From assembly GCA_013265495.1 (NCBI GenBank), contig MU058540.1, forward strand, positions 1,947,696-2,011,695: a stretch of 64,000 bases of DNA. The letters run 5' to 3'. This DNA comes from Vicugna vicugna. Its lineage: Eukaryota. The position numbers and the translations under genes are program-made. The notes below the pieces were generated by a model. It was not told where the DNA came from and did not search any database. It saw nothing but the letters and a program-made list of their open reading frames with translations. Shown one piece after another: positions 26,661 through 49,690 of the stretch (its first letter is position 1; every line of letters starts with the position of its first letter).

Positions 26661-29600
26661 GTGAGGGGGAGGGGAGCCCAGGGGGCGGCCGCAAGGACAA
26701 GTCAAGGAGAGAAGCAGGACCACCGTCCCTTCCATCCCTTCTGTCCCTTGTCCCTTCTGCTGGCTCACAGGCACATGCAAGACTCACTTTCTAGGAACAC
26801 CCCTGTGGGCAGATGCACCAACACAGGGACCCGCAGGTGACCCCCACCCCACACAGCCACGCACAGGAGCACATGTGTGCAGGTATGCTGTGTGGGTGCC
26901 CAGGCGGACACTCCAGTGAGAATACTAGTACCCCGAGGCCGAGGCACACCTGTGGGCAATGGCAGGCAGGCAGCTGTGCCAGGCTGGGGGCTGCACTGGG
27001 ATTTCCGTCCTCCCGCTTCACTCAGGAGGGGTCAGCTTGGTGAGTCTGAACTGGCTGCTCTGGTCTTTCCAGAGTTACTGCCACAGGATGAGGACACACT
27101 CCTGTGTGTGCCCTCCTCTCCTTAGAACCCAAACCACTGGGACCCAACCTAGGGGGAGGGAGGAGGCTCCGGGCTTCTCAGACAGCTGCAGGGCTGGACT
27201 GAGGCAAATGTGGGCGTGATGGAGGGGGCTGCCCGGGGTGAGAGGGCCCCAGCCCAGCTCAGGATCTTATCTGCCCTTTACGGAGAAGGGTTGGGAGGGT
27301 GAGAGCACCCTAGATGCTTGTTGATGCTGGCCCAGGTGTCTAGAACCTCTGCATTGCTGGGCTGTGCCACCATGATGGGTGGGAGAAGGGGGAGAAAGAC
27401 CCAAGGGAGGGGCAAAGGGGGTGGAGCTTCAGACTGACAGGAGAGGAAGGGGGACAGGTGTGGGCAGAGTCTGGGGTGGGTGAAGAGTAGGCGAGATAGG
27501 CAAGAAAACAGACAACAGAGACTGGAGAATCACAGAGTGAGAGACAAAAAAAAAAAAAAAGAGAGAGAGAGAGAGACCTAGAGAGGAAACCTTGGAGTGA
27601 GATTCAGAGAGACAGACAGTTGGAACAGGTAGAGTGCTGGAGAGAGTCGGATCGACAGACAGTGGGGCAGAGAGGGCAGAGGGAGAGAGTGACTATGACC
27701 CACAGAGATGCAGAAAGACAGAAAGGCAGGTCGAGATGGAGAGAGATGGAGACACACAGCTGAAGGGTTTGGTAAAGGGGCAGAAGGGGAAAGATAATAA
27801 ATCGAGATACAGTCAGGCAGGGAGGGAGGGAAAAAACAGAAGGAGGATCAAGAGTCGGGGGTGGGGAAGAGAGAGAGACAGAAGAGAAACAGGGAGAGAG
27901 ACAGAGAGACAGGGACACAGGGAGAGCAAGTGCGCTTGCATGTGTGAACCAAGGACAAAAAGATCCAGGGCCAGGGCAGACCTAGAGGGGAGGGAGTGAC
28001 CAGGGAGCCACCACTGGGGGCTGTTGGCCACAACAGGGACACATCCAGGACATCTCCATTCCTGTCCCATCTGCTCCCCACCTCTCTGAGGCCTGCCCAC
28101 TTCCCTGTGATTACGACAGCCAGCAGACCTCCTGTGGTCTCTCTCTGCCTTTACCCTCTATTTGACCAGCCACACCCGCTTCCCCTCTTCCAGGGCCTTC
28201 CCAGGTCAGAAGGTGCCTCTGGGTGGTGGTGGGGTGGGAGCTAGGAGTCTGGGTGAGCAGGCTTTGGGGCCCGAAGGGAGATAAGGGGCACCTTGCTGCC
28301 CACTCCCCTCCCTGGGGCCAGACCTGCTGGAATAACTGGCCGGACAGCTCCAGGGAAGGAGGCCGGAGCCCAGGCTGCAGAGGCCCCTGACCTCCACCCC
28401 CATGGCCCCCGCAGCCTCTGGACCATTCAGCCTTCTTTCTTTTCAAGGTGGGGGGTGGGGAGGAGAGGGAAAGGACTGAACCCTGGCTTCCCCAAAGCGG
28501 CTGCCTGGTGGGGGATTCTGACAAGGCACAAGGCAAGGCAGGTGTCCGCGACCCTCCTCCTCTCCCCCTGCACCAGGACCAGTGGGAGGACAAACTGAGC
28601 CGGGTGACCATGGGTCTAGTGGCAGCAGCTGTCCACTCTTGCAGTGTGCAGTGAGAACATCGCTCAAAATGTGGGAAGATTAGTGAAATCAGCAGTTTCC
28701 GTCCTGAATGCCCTGCCCCCAAACCTGGGCTGGGCTGACCAGCCAGGGGGTTGAGGATGCGGAGAGCAGTTAAGGGCTAAGGGAGCCTTCCCGCCCCCCT
28801 GCCTTTCCCTCCTTCCTCCCCACCCACCCCCACAGCGGGGCCAGCTGTTCTCCAGCTGCCAGAGGCTCCCACCCTAGAAGTGGCGGCGCTCTGGTTGGGA
28901 CGGGAGAGCGGGAGAGCAGGACGGGTGGGATGGGGATGGTGCCTGCCTCCCCCACCTCCAGCCCAAGGACCCTGGAGGGAGACCCTGCCAAATGGCCACA
29001 CCCTGCCAGCCTGGGTAGGGAGTACCCTCTTCCGTGGAGCAGGGTCGAGATTTTTACAGGAGGAAGCAATTTGCAAAGCCCACTAGGAGGGAGGTGGGGG
29101 AGCTCCCCTCCTCTCCCCCGCTTATTAATGTGCTTACAATTTGGGAATCAAGCCTCTCTGCACCCCCCCCACTACTGGGGCACAGGCTTCTCAGGGAGCA
29201 GAGGGGGGCGAGGTAGGCCCCCAGGCCTCCTTCTCTACCGCTCATCCTCACTGTCACCACCCCCTCAGTAGTATAGGAGGGAGGGCAGAGAATCAGAGCT
29301 CTCAAACCTCCTGCAGAGAGAAGGGGCCCAGTTCCTAGACCTTCCTGTACCCCAACTCTGAGACTCTATCCTATCTCCTCATCTTGTCCCACTGTGGTGA
29401 AGGCCAGGTACCCAGACTGAAGCGGGCAGGGATGCAGCCACTGGGTCACTTGGAAAACTGGATTTCACACTTATCAATGGGTGTGTTAGGGGGCCCTGCC
29501 TCAGCCTGCCTGTGCCCTGGCCCCTTGGGCTCTGGGTCACCCACTGGGCTGCTACCTCTCATGGGAGTCAGTGTTGCCTATGAACGCACAGGATTTCCCT

Positions 29601-30588
29601 TGGTCCCTCCTCTCTCTCTCACACATTCTGTCACCTGCATCTCTCTCCCTTCTGGTTTTAAAAAAATTTTAAAATTGTGATAAAATATACATAATAAAAA
29701 TTTTACCATTTTAACCATTTTTAAGTGCACAGTTCAGCAGTACATTCCTTCTTTGTTTTTAATAGTTTTCTTTTTTTCGGTCCTCCACATGGACGCCACA
29801 TGCATGCAGGGGTCACAAGCCCCCAAACTCATCACATACGGTATCCCATGCCATGTAGGCCACAGTCCTGAAGGATGTCACCCACACTGTCCCAAACAAC
29901 CTCAGATGGTGACCACCCACAGAGCCAGTTGCCGTCACACCCCACAGTTTCTCTCACAAACAGCCCAGTCAGTGCAGAGTTTCTTTCTCGTGCTCAGTCT
30001 CACCCACACACTTGATTTCACACTCAGCTTACACTCCAGCTTCTCAGCACTCCTGTGCTGTGTTGGGTATAGTCCACTGTGTCACAATGGTCTCTCCCTT
30101 ACACACGCACACATGTACCATAACTGTCACTATTATTCTCATACATGATGTCACATATAGTCACACAGACTATCTGTTTCTATAAACCAGTGGTCATCTC
30201 ATTTGCTGTTCACACACACCTAGCATCATACATCACAGAGAATGCCACTCATTCTGCTTTGGACACACACAGCATCACACAATCGCAGGGTCCCTCACAC
30301 ATGTGGAGCATCAGAATCCCACCCAGTGTCCCACGGGCTCACACTGTTGGTTGAGCAGTTTCTTTCATAACCACCTCCCGTGGGATGGCCCCTCACACAC
30401 GGAGAACGTCCTCCCACAGCCCCTCTCACACACGTGCAGAGATAGTCACGTACTGAGAATGCCATTCACAGTCCCTCTCCTCTACCTGCAGATCAGTCAC
30501 ACACAGACGACATCTCAGCTTCTCTCACACACGTGAATGTGGCAAAGTCACAGACAATGTGACATCCAGTTTCCCTCACACGTCGTCT

Positions 30589-30624
<36 letters not shown>

Positions 30625-31861
30625 CTTTACCTGTTCCCTCATGTGCACATCCACCCCCCACACAGTGTCACCCACAGAGTGTCCCACTCAGTTTCTCTCA
30701 CAACCAGTGTCGCACACAGTTGCACTCTCATTTCCCTCTATCACTTCCTGTCCTTTTGGGCCTGGCAGGGAGTACAGGAAGCAATCAGCACTCTAGGAAA
30801 CCTCAGGGGCTGAGACTTTGGGGATTCGCAGAGTGACAGGATTCTCTGGCCCCTGCTCCCAGCCTCCTGTGGGACCCTGAGCCCCCTCCTCTCCAATGTC
30901 CTCCCCAGGGGGCAGTACCTCCGCTGCAGACAAACCTAGGCTGGCAGGAAGAAGAGGAGTAGGGCCAGGCCACTGGGAAGGGCCCAAGTGTGATCTGCTG
31001 ATCTGCACCCCTGGCTCTGACCAAAGAAGCTCCCGCCATGGCCCCCAGGGATGCCCCAGAGGCCTGCGGAGACCTGGCTCCCCAAGGCCACCCCTTGGAA
31101 CCCACAACTTCTACAGACCCCACATGGAAAGAAGAGACTGCGACTCCTGGCCACCTCCACAGAGAATTACAGCATTCAGAGCTCTCTTGGCTCCCCAGCT
31201 CCCTGGGGCCTGGCACCGCCAGCTCCCGCCCTCACTGTCCGTCCTCAGCTCCTCTCCCTGAGAGAGGAGATAGGTAGGAATGAGGGCTTTTGCTCCCTTC
31301 CAGCTTCCACCCTGAGCCCCTAGCGGGGTCTAGGAGTTGGGCAGAAGGGTTGTGAGCCATTCAGTTGGCCTCTGAACACCATCTACCCTGCTCAGCCTTG
31401 TCAGACCCCACCACCACTTCTGAGGGAGATCCTCCAACTCTACCTGGCCACCCTGCCCCCAGATGCCTGCTGCCCACAACCTTTTCAACCACTCTCACTT
31501 GGCTTAGCTGCCACCCAGTCACCCTGGGCTAGTTCTCACCTTCTTCCTTAGACCACTGGATCACCCACTCACCTCTCCAGACCCCACCAGGTTCAGATTC
31601 CATAATGGGAGGAGACAGAAGGCCTACTGCCTAGGACAGACTCCGTGAGGAGCTCAGAGAAAAGGGACCTGAGAAGTCAGTGATTCCAAAAAGCGAAAGT
31701 GAAGCCCACCAGGATGGTACAGCTTGTTAAAGGCCAGCTGGGACCAGAGGTCTTATTTCTTGACCTCTGTTGAGATGTCTCCTTCTTGTTTTAATATCTC
31801 CCCAACTGGAAAAATGTACCAGGGTCTGCAAACCTGAGGGTGAGGGTGGGAGTAGGGCCCA

Positions 31862-31908
31862 GGACGGACACGGACACGGACACGGACGGACACGGATGGG
31901 GACGGACG

Positions 31909-31961
<53 letters not shown>
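31862..31961. repeat. Compound (GGACAC/GGAC)n + (CA)n microsatellite
   Basis: Direct reading. Confidence 0.9.
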
Positions 31962-31963
<2 letters not shown>

Positions 31964-33573
31964 CTCTGTCCAGCCAATCACTGACCATCCTCCTCAGCCA
32001 TTCCCCAACCCAAACGCGTTAATTAGCATTAATTACTGTTCCCTCCCTGGGGGTTGGGGAAAGGCCCAAGAAGTTGAGACTCCCACTGGATCCCAGCCTC
32101 TCCCTGAAGTCATCCTTCATATGTGTGTGTGTGTATGTATGTGTGTGTGTGTGTGTGTGTGTATGTATATATATATAGCCGAATCTGAGAAAAGACATCT
32201 GTCCATCACCTGCCCACAGGATGAGCAGGGATCCAGAAGACTACAGAACCAGGTCCTGTGGTGGCACCCCACCCCCAGGGAAGGTCTTGGAAAAGGAGTT
32301 ACAAGAATCTGGAAGGGAGGAGGGCTTAATTCCCCCAAATTTCCAACTTTTGGTGACTTCAGACTTCCCTCCTGGCCCCAGGCTGCCCCTAGTATTCAGG
32401 CCAAGGAGACATCCTGGCCCCTGGCACTGGGGTGGAACATGTGTACACAGAATCAGGCCACAGGAGACGGGATACCCAGAGCCGCCATGGGCACCAGCCC
32501 CTCTGAGCTGTGTCCAGCCCCCACCCTCATCCCCTGCACTACAAGTCCAGGCCTGACCTGGTTCTGCCTCTACCTGAAGAGAGGAAAGACACAGAGGGAG
32601 GTACCCCCTGAGAAGCGCTCCCCCAAGGCCTTATTCCCTCTTTCCAGAAAGAATCTCTCAGCCCTGGATCAGGGCCCCTCTTCCGGAAAAGTGACACAGT
32701 GGGGTCTCAATGACACTGCCCCAGGGCCTGGCTAGGCTAGAAACCAGATGCAGACAGGCACTCGGGGCCTTCTCTCCCCAGGCAGGAGAAAAGGGCATGA
32801 CAGACAATGGTGGGGGTGGTGATAGGGGGTTAGGTTAGAGGGAACAAGACACCTTCAAACCCACTCAAGTCTAAACAAGAGTCCTGAGGAAGTGTGGCGA
32901 AGAGAAGGCCCCAAATCCAATCCCCTTTGGAGCCAGGCGCACAGAGCTCAGGTCTGGAACACCAAACCTCCACCCCAACACAGGAGACAGAACTGGAGGG
33001 AACTTAAGTCCCTGCCTCTCAGGCGGCACAGGCCCAGGACGCGCAGCTTTGCTCCCAGACACCCTCCACAATCGGGCACGGCTGCGGGCACCTCGCTTAG
33101 GAGCCGGCCTGGGCGACGGGAGGCCGGGCGCGAGGCCTGCGTGGAGCTGGGGCCGGGCGGGCTCCAAGAGAGCGTGAGCCGGAGTCCAAAGGGCGGTGGG
33201 GCCCGGGACTGTGCGCTCCGGCTAGGAGCTCCGCGGTGGCAGGTCCCCCATACCGTGCGGACCCCCAGACCCCGACCTCGACATCCCAAACGCGCACGTT
33301 GGTACAGCCGACGGCACTGGGACCAAGTTCCCGGCTCCCCTACCTCCCCCGACCAACTCGTCCGGGTCGCGGTGGGGTGGGGGTGGGCGGGGCTTCCCGG
33401 AGAGCTTTTTCCCCTCTTCCCTCTTAACTTCCCGGCACCCAGATCCGGGGCTCCGGCTCAGGCTGGACAATAGCTCTGGGAAGCAGCCCCCTTCGAGTGA
33501 GCCACCCCCCCCGAACCAACCAACCAAACCACCTCTCCCAGCGGGGCCTCCTCCCGGCGTCCGCCCGGCTTAC

Positions 33574-33760
33574 CTGGTCCGATCTCGGGGGGGCGCTCCG
33601 GCCGAGCGGCTCCGCCGGGCCCGAGGGAGCAGAGAGGGGGGCCGGGGAAGGGGGGTCGTGGGGAGGGGGCTGGCCGGAATGTGCGGAATGAGCCGGGCTG
33701 GAGCGGGAGGCGCCGGGCGCGGAGGAGGGAGCGAGCGGGACGGAAAGTTTGTGTTGAGGA
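33574..33760 (-). other. TEAD3: TEAD3 non-coding exon 1 (TSS approximate)
   Basis: Donor CCAG|gtaagc at 33574/33573; sequence resembles the recalled human TEAD3 5' UTR; no ATG. Confidence 0.8.
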
Positions 33761-34573
33761 GCCGGGGCGGGGGGTGAGGGCACGGGCACCGGCCCGGAGG
33801 GGCGGGGCCGCCTGGGGCCGCCCCCAACCGGCGCTGGGGCTGCCCACGCCGAGGCTTCGGGACCCCGGGCGGCTGCCGGCCTCCCTGCGCCCGGGCGCCC
33901 CGCTCCTTTCCCGCCGCAGCGGCTCTCTCTTACCTCCCCTGCACACCTGGCCCTACTCCACCTCTCCGTACCCCGCTGGAATTTGGGGCTCCGGCCTGGG
34001 CGGGGCCGAGGGCGGAGCTCCCGCCTCGGGGGCGGGACCCCCGTCGGTGCCGGAGCCCGGGTGCCGCGTCACGAGGAGCCCGGCGGAGCCGGAGTACACG
34101 GGCCGCGGGGCTCCCTACCCCCCACCTCAGTCCCGAGCGGCCGAGGCGGAGCGCCCTCTCCTGCCCGAGGGCCCGCCCCCTACTCCCGGGGCCCCAGACC
34201 CGGCCCCGCCCTGGAGGCTGCGCCCGCCCTGCCCGAACCCGGTTTGTCTGGTTCTCCCCGAGAGACTTGTTTCTCGAATTTCCCCCTTTCCCCCTCTTCC
34301 CGGACCTCCGGGCCCTCCCTCTCGGCCTGGCTCCTCGGGGCCCCCGCGAGGGGCGTCTCGACACCGTGAGCCCGCCGAGTTTCGGTAGGACCCGCGACGG
34401 GCGCGTGGGAGGGGACGCGGAGCGCCTGGGGCCTGGGCCGGAGCGGGGTGGGGGGTGGGGAAGGGAGCCCTCCAGCCCGCCCTCCCGACCTCGCCCGCGC
34501 TCCAGATCCCTCCCGCCACCTGGTTCTTCGCACGCGCTGAAGAACCACCGCTCCTCTTGGCCTAGGACGCAAC

Positions 34574-34579
34574 TTTATT
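34574..34579 (-). terminator. TULP1 poly(A) signal AATAAA
   Basis: TTTATT on + strand ~440 nt after the TULP1 stop. Confidence 0.8.
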
Positions 34580-35015
34580 GAGGATGTGGGTGCCGGGTCT
34601 TCGTCGCCTATCACCTACCCCCTCCTCCAAGCCTGCCCTAGCTCTTCTGAGCCCTTGTACGGTCCCAGAAGGGGTTAAAACAACACTGACTACTGCTCCT
34701 GGACAGGAAGTGACTGGGGAGCGGGGCGGGGGTGGTGTTGGTGAAGCGGCACAGGCTAGCTCCGCGACCAGATGTGTGGTTCCAACTCCAGATGTTCTTC
34801 ATCTCCATCCGACCTGCCGTCTGAGCTCCTCCCCTGCCTCGGCCTGTGCCAGGCTGGGCAGTGGATGGAGGTCACCCGGAGACAGTGAGGGGTCATTCCC
34901 ACCCCACCCCCCCGCGACAAGGGAGGAGTCGTCAGTGGGGGCTCTGGTGAAGGGACCCTGCAAGCCTCCACTGAATCCTTTCCCCCACCCTTGGAGGTGC
35001 TAGGGGATGCTCGGG

Positions 35016-46716
<11,701 letters not shown>

Positions 46717-46777
46717 GGTGCCTTTGCCTATCCACACCCCGTCTCCAGCCACTCTGCAGCCCTGGAAGCTTCCAGGC

Positions 46778-46793
46778 CCGCCCCAGCTAATCC
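46778..46793. promoter_or_regulatory. TULP1 proximal promoter: GC box + CRX/OTX2 site
   Basis: CCGCCC 46778-46783 and CTAATCC 46787-46793, ~70 nt upstream of the ATG. Confidence 0.6.
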
Positions 46794-48907
46794 TGGCTTG
46801 GCTCAACTTCACCCCCACCTCTCACTGGCTCAAGACAGTGGCAGCACTGTGGTGTGGGAGGTGCCCATGCCCAGAACCCACCCCCCTGCCTAGCCCACTG
46901 AGGGAAGAGGCTAGACTCCCAAGTTCTCAGATCCTTAGCAGGCTGAAAGATGGCATCACTGTACCAGGTACCCCTACACTCCACCAAGCTGAGCTTTGGG
47001 TTAAAGATGCTGATTTATAATTTGCTGGTGGTAAATGGGGCATGGGAAGAAAACATAAGATCAGATCCTGATCCTGTATTTATTTTCCTTTTTTATAAAA
47101 AAAAATAAGAACTAGGATTTACTAGTATTTATTACATATGTTTTTTTTTTGGAGGGGAAGGTAATTAGGTTTTAATATTTGTTATATATGGATTGGCAGA
47201 TACGTGTATATACTTTATAAAGGAATATGCCTATATTATGGATGTACACTTAACTTTTTTTTTTTTACTGATTTTTTTACATGCTTTTTAAAAAAATTTA
47301 GAGACAAAGGATATAATGTTGTGTGATTAATATCATGGGGAAGGTTTGGTTAAGTTCTGAGGAAGTCCAGAGGAGGGTCCCTTAGGGGTCCTCGAGGCTT
47401 CCTGAAACCTGATCTATAACTCTAAAACGAAACTTGAAAGGTGAGTAGGAGTTCTGCAGCCAAAAAAAAAGTGGACTGAACTGTACTTGGAGAGGGAACA
47501 GCAAGATAAAGACCTAGGGTTGGAAATAGATATATTCAAAGGTCTAACACTAGGAGGGAGGCAGCCATCTTGAGCATGTCAGCCCCTGAGCCCCAGCCCT
47601 GAGCTCTGCCACTTAAGAGCTGAACATCTCTGGGTGACTTACTTAGCCTCTATGGGCCTCTGTTTCCTCATTTATAAAATGGGTTTGATAATAATTCTGA
47701 CCTGATACGGGTGTGTAGGTTGAATGAGATGGCTGGTGGAAAGCTGCAACAGTGAGCACTCAATCACTGCTAACTGTCTGCCCCTTTGCAGGGCACTTCC
47801 ACTTCATCTCTGTCTCCTCCACCTATACCACATAACTTGACACATGATTGGGATTCATTTTTTTAAATGAGTAAATTAATGAACACGTTCTTTATTTCAT
47901 TTGATTCTCACAAGAGTCCAATGAGATAGGCGAGTTAAAGATTTTGTCTCCATTTTATAGATGGAGAAACTGAGGCTCAGGGAGGTGAAGTGATTTGCTC
48001 AGTGTCAGCCAGATGGTAACCAGATCTGTTTTGTGTCAGAGCTTTTGCTTTTATATTGTATACACTCACACGATTAGAGCTGGGATTTGAATGAAATGGT
48101 CAGTGTTTTTCTCTTTTTCCATTTCCTTAGCCCACCTGATCCAGATTTGCCATAATTAGTCTTTCTCAAATACCACCTCTTCAGTTGACACCTTTGCTCA
48201 AAAAAAGTCATTGGCTCCCAACTGCCTCAGGATCAGGTTTAAATGTGCTGGATTGGCATTCAAGGTTCTCCCTGATCTGGCTCCAGTCTGCCTTTCCAAC
48301 TGCAGGGCTGTCTCAAACTCCACTCTTCATCCAGCCACATAGGTTTACTTATTGCCTTTATACTTCCTCTCCTCCATGCCTGTGCTCAAGCTCTTCCCTC
48401 CTGGAATGCACTCCCTGTTCCACGAAGCCTATCTGACTCCAAATAGCCCTCAAGTTCCCACCTCCAAGATTTCTTGATCCTCACCTGCCTCTGAATGTGT
48501 AGTAACCATAACAGATTTTATTGAACACCCACTGTGTGTCAGGTCCCTTGTTCCCATTCTCTCTCCACCCTCACAATATTTATGAGGCACACATTAGCAC
48601 CCTGATATTAAAGGTAAGAAAACACGCAGCTGAGAGTCAGTCAACAAGCATTTCCTGGGCACCGACTATGTGCCAGACAGTTGGTGATACGGTGATGAAC
48701 AAAAGGATGTGGCCCCTGCCATCATGGAGCTTCCGTTCTGGGGAGAAAGACAGAGAGTAAAGCCATGAATACACAGATTAGTTCTGACGATCTCATTATT
48801 AATTGTAATAAATGCCAAGAAGGAAAAAAAAACTGTGTTCCCTGAGAATAGCAGGGGGGATCCAGTCTGGATTTAGAGGACAGACAGGGCTATCTGAGAA
48901 GAGAATT

Positions 48908-49690
48908 AAAAATTTTTTTAATTTTTTGTTGAAGTGTAGTTTTTCCACAATGTTAGTTTCAGGTGCACAGCAAAGAGATTGTTATACATGTACAGACATA
49001 TGTATATTTTCTTTCTAGATTCTTTTCCATTATAAGTTATTATAAGAAATTTAATACAGTTCCCTGTGCTATACAGTTGGTCCTTGTTGTTTATCTATTT
49101 TATATATAGTAGTGTGTATCTTTTAATCCCAAACTCTTGATTTATCCCTCCCGCACCCTTTCCCCTTTGGTAATCATAGTTTGTTTTATATGTCTGTGAG
49201 TCTGTTTTTGATTTGCAAATAGAATTTCTGTCATTTTTTTAAGATTCCACATGTAAGTGATGTCATATGATATTTGTCTTTCTTCATCTGACTTCACTTA
49301 ATATGATCATCTCTAGGTCCATCCATGTTTATGCAAAAGGCATTATTTCATTCTTTATGACTGAGTAATATTCTATTATATATCTATACCACATCTTCTT
49401 TATCCATTCATCTGTTGACGGACATTTAAGTTGTTTCCATGTCTTGGCTATCGTAAATAATGCTGCTGTGAACATTGGGGTGCATGTGTCTTTTCAAATT
49501 ATAGTTTTCTCTGGATATATGCCTAGGAGTGGGATTGCTGAATCATATGGTAATTCTATTTTTAGTTTTTTAAGGAACCTCTGTACTATCCTCCATAGTG
49601 GCTGCACCAATTTACATTCCCATCAACAGTGTTGGAGGGTTCCTTTCTCTTCACACCTTCTCCAGCATTTATTATTTGTAGACATTTTAA
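48908..49690 (-). mobile_element. 5'-truncated L1 with TSD, inserted in an older L2-like stretch
   Basis: Antisense L1 3' UTR/ORF2 end; 13-nt TSD TGAGAAGAGAATT at 48895-48907 and 49691-49703. Confidence 0.85.

Larger units (their letters stand above)
33030..34620. promoter_or_regulatory. TEAD3 promoter CpG island
   Basis: Very GC/CpG rich with multiple GGGCGG boxes; boundaries approximate. Confidence 0.9.

Noticed and set aside
31770..32735. 321-aa + strand ORF
   Set aside because: Runs through (CA)n/(TG)n microsatellites (HTHT, CVCV), antisense to a TEAD3 intron, no recognisable domain
32892..34614. Many overlapping Pro/Arg/Gly-rich ORFs
   Set aside because: Expected lack of stops in a CpG island
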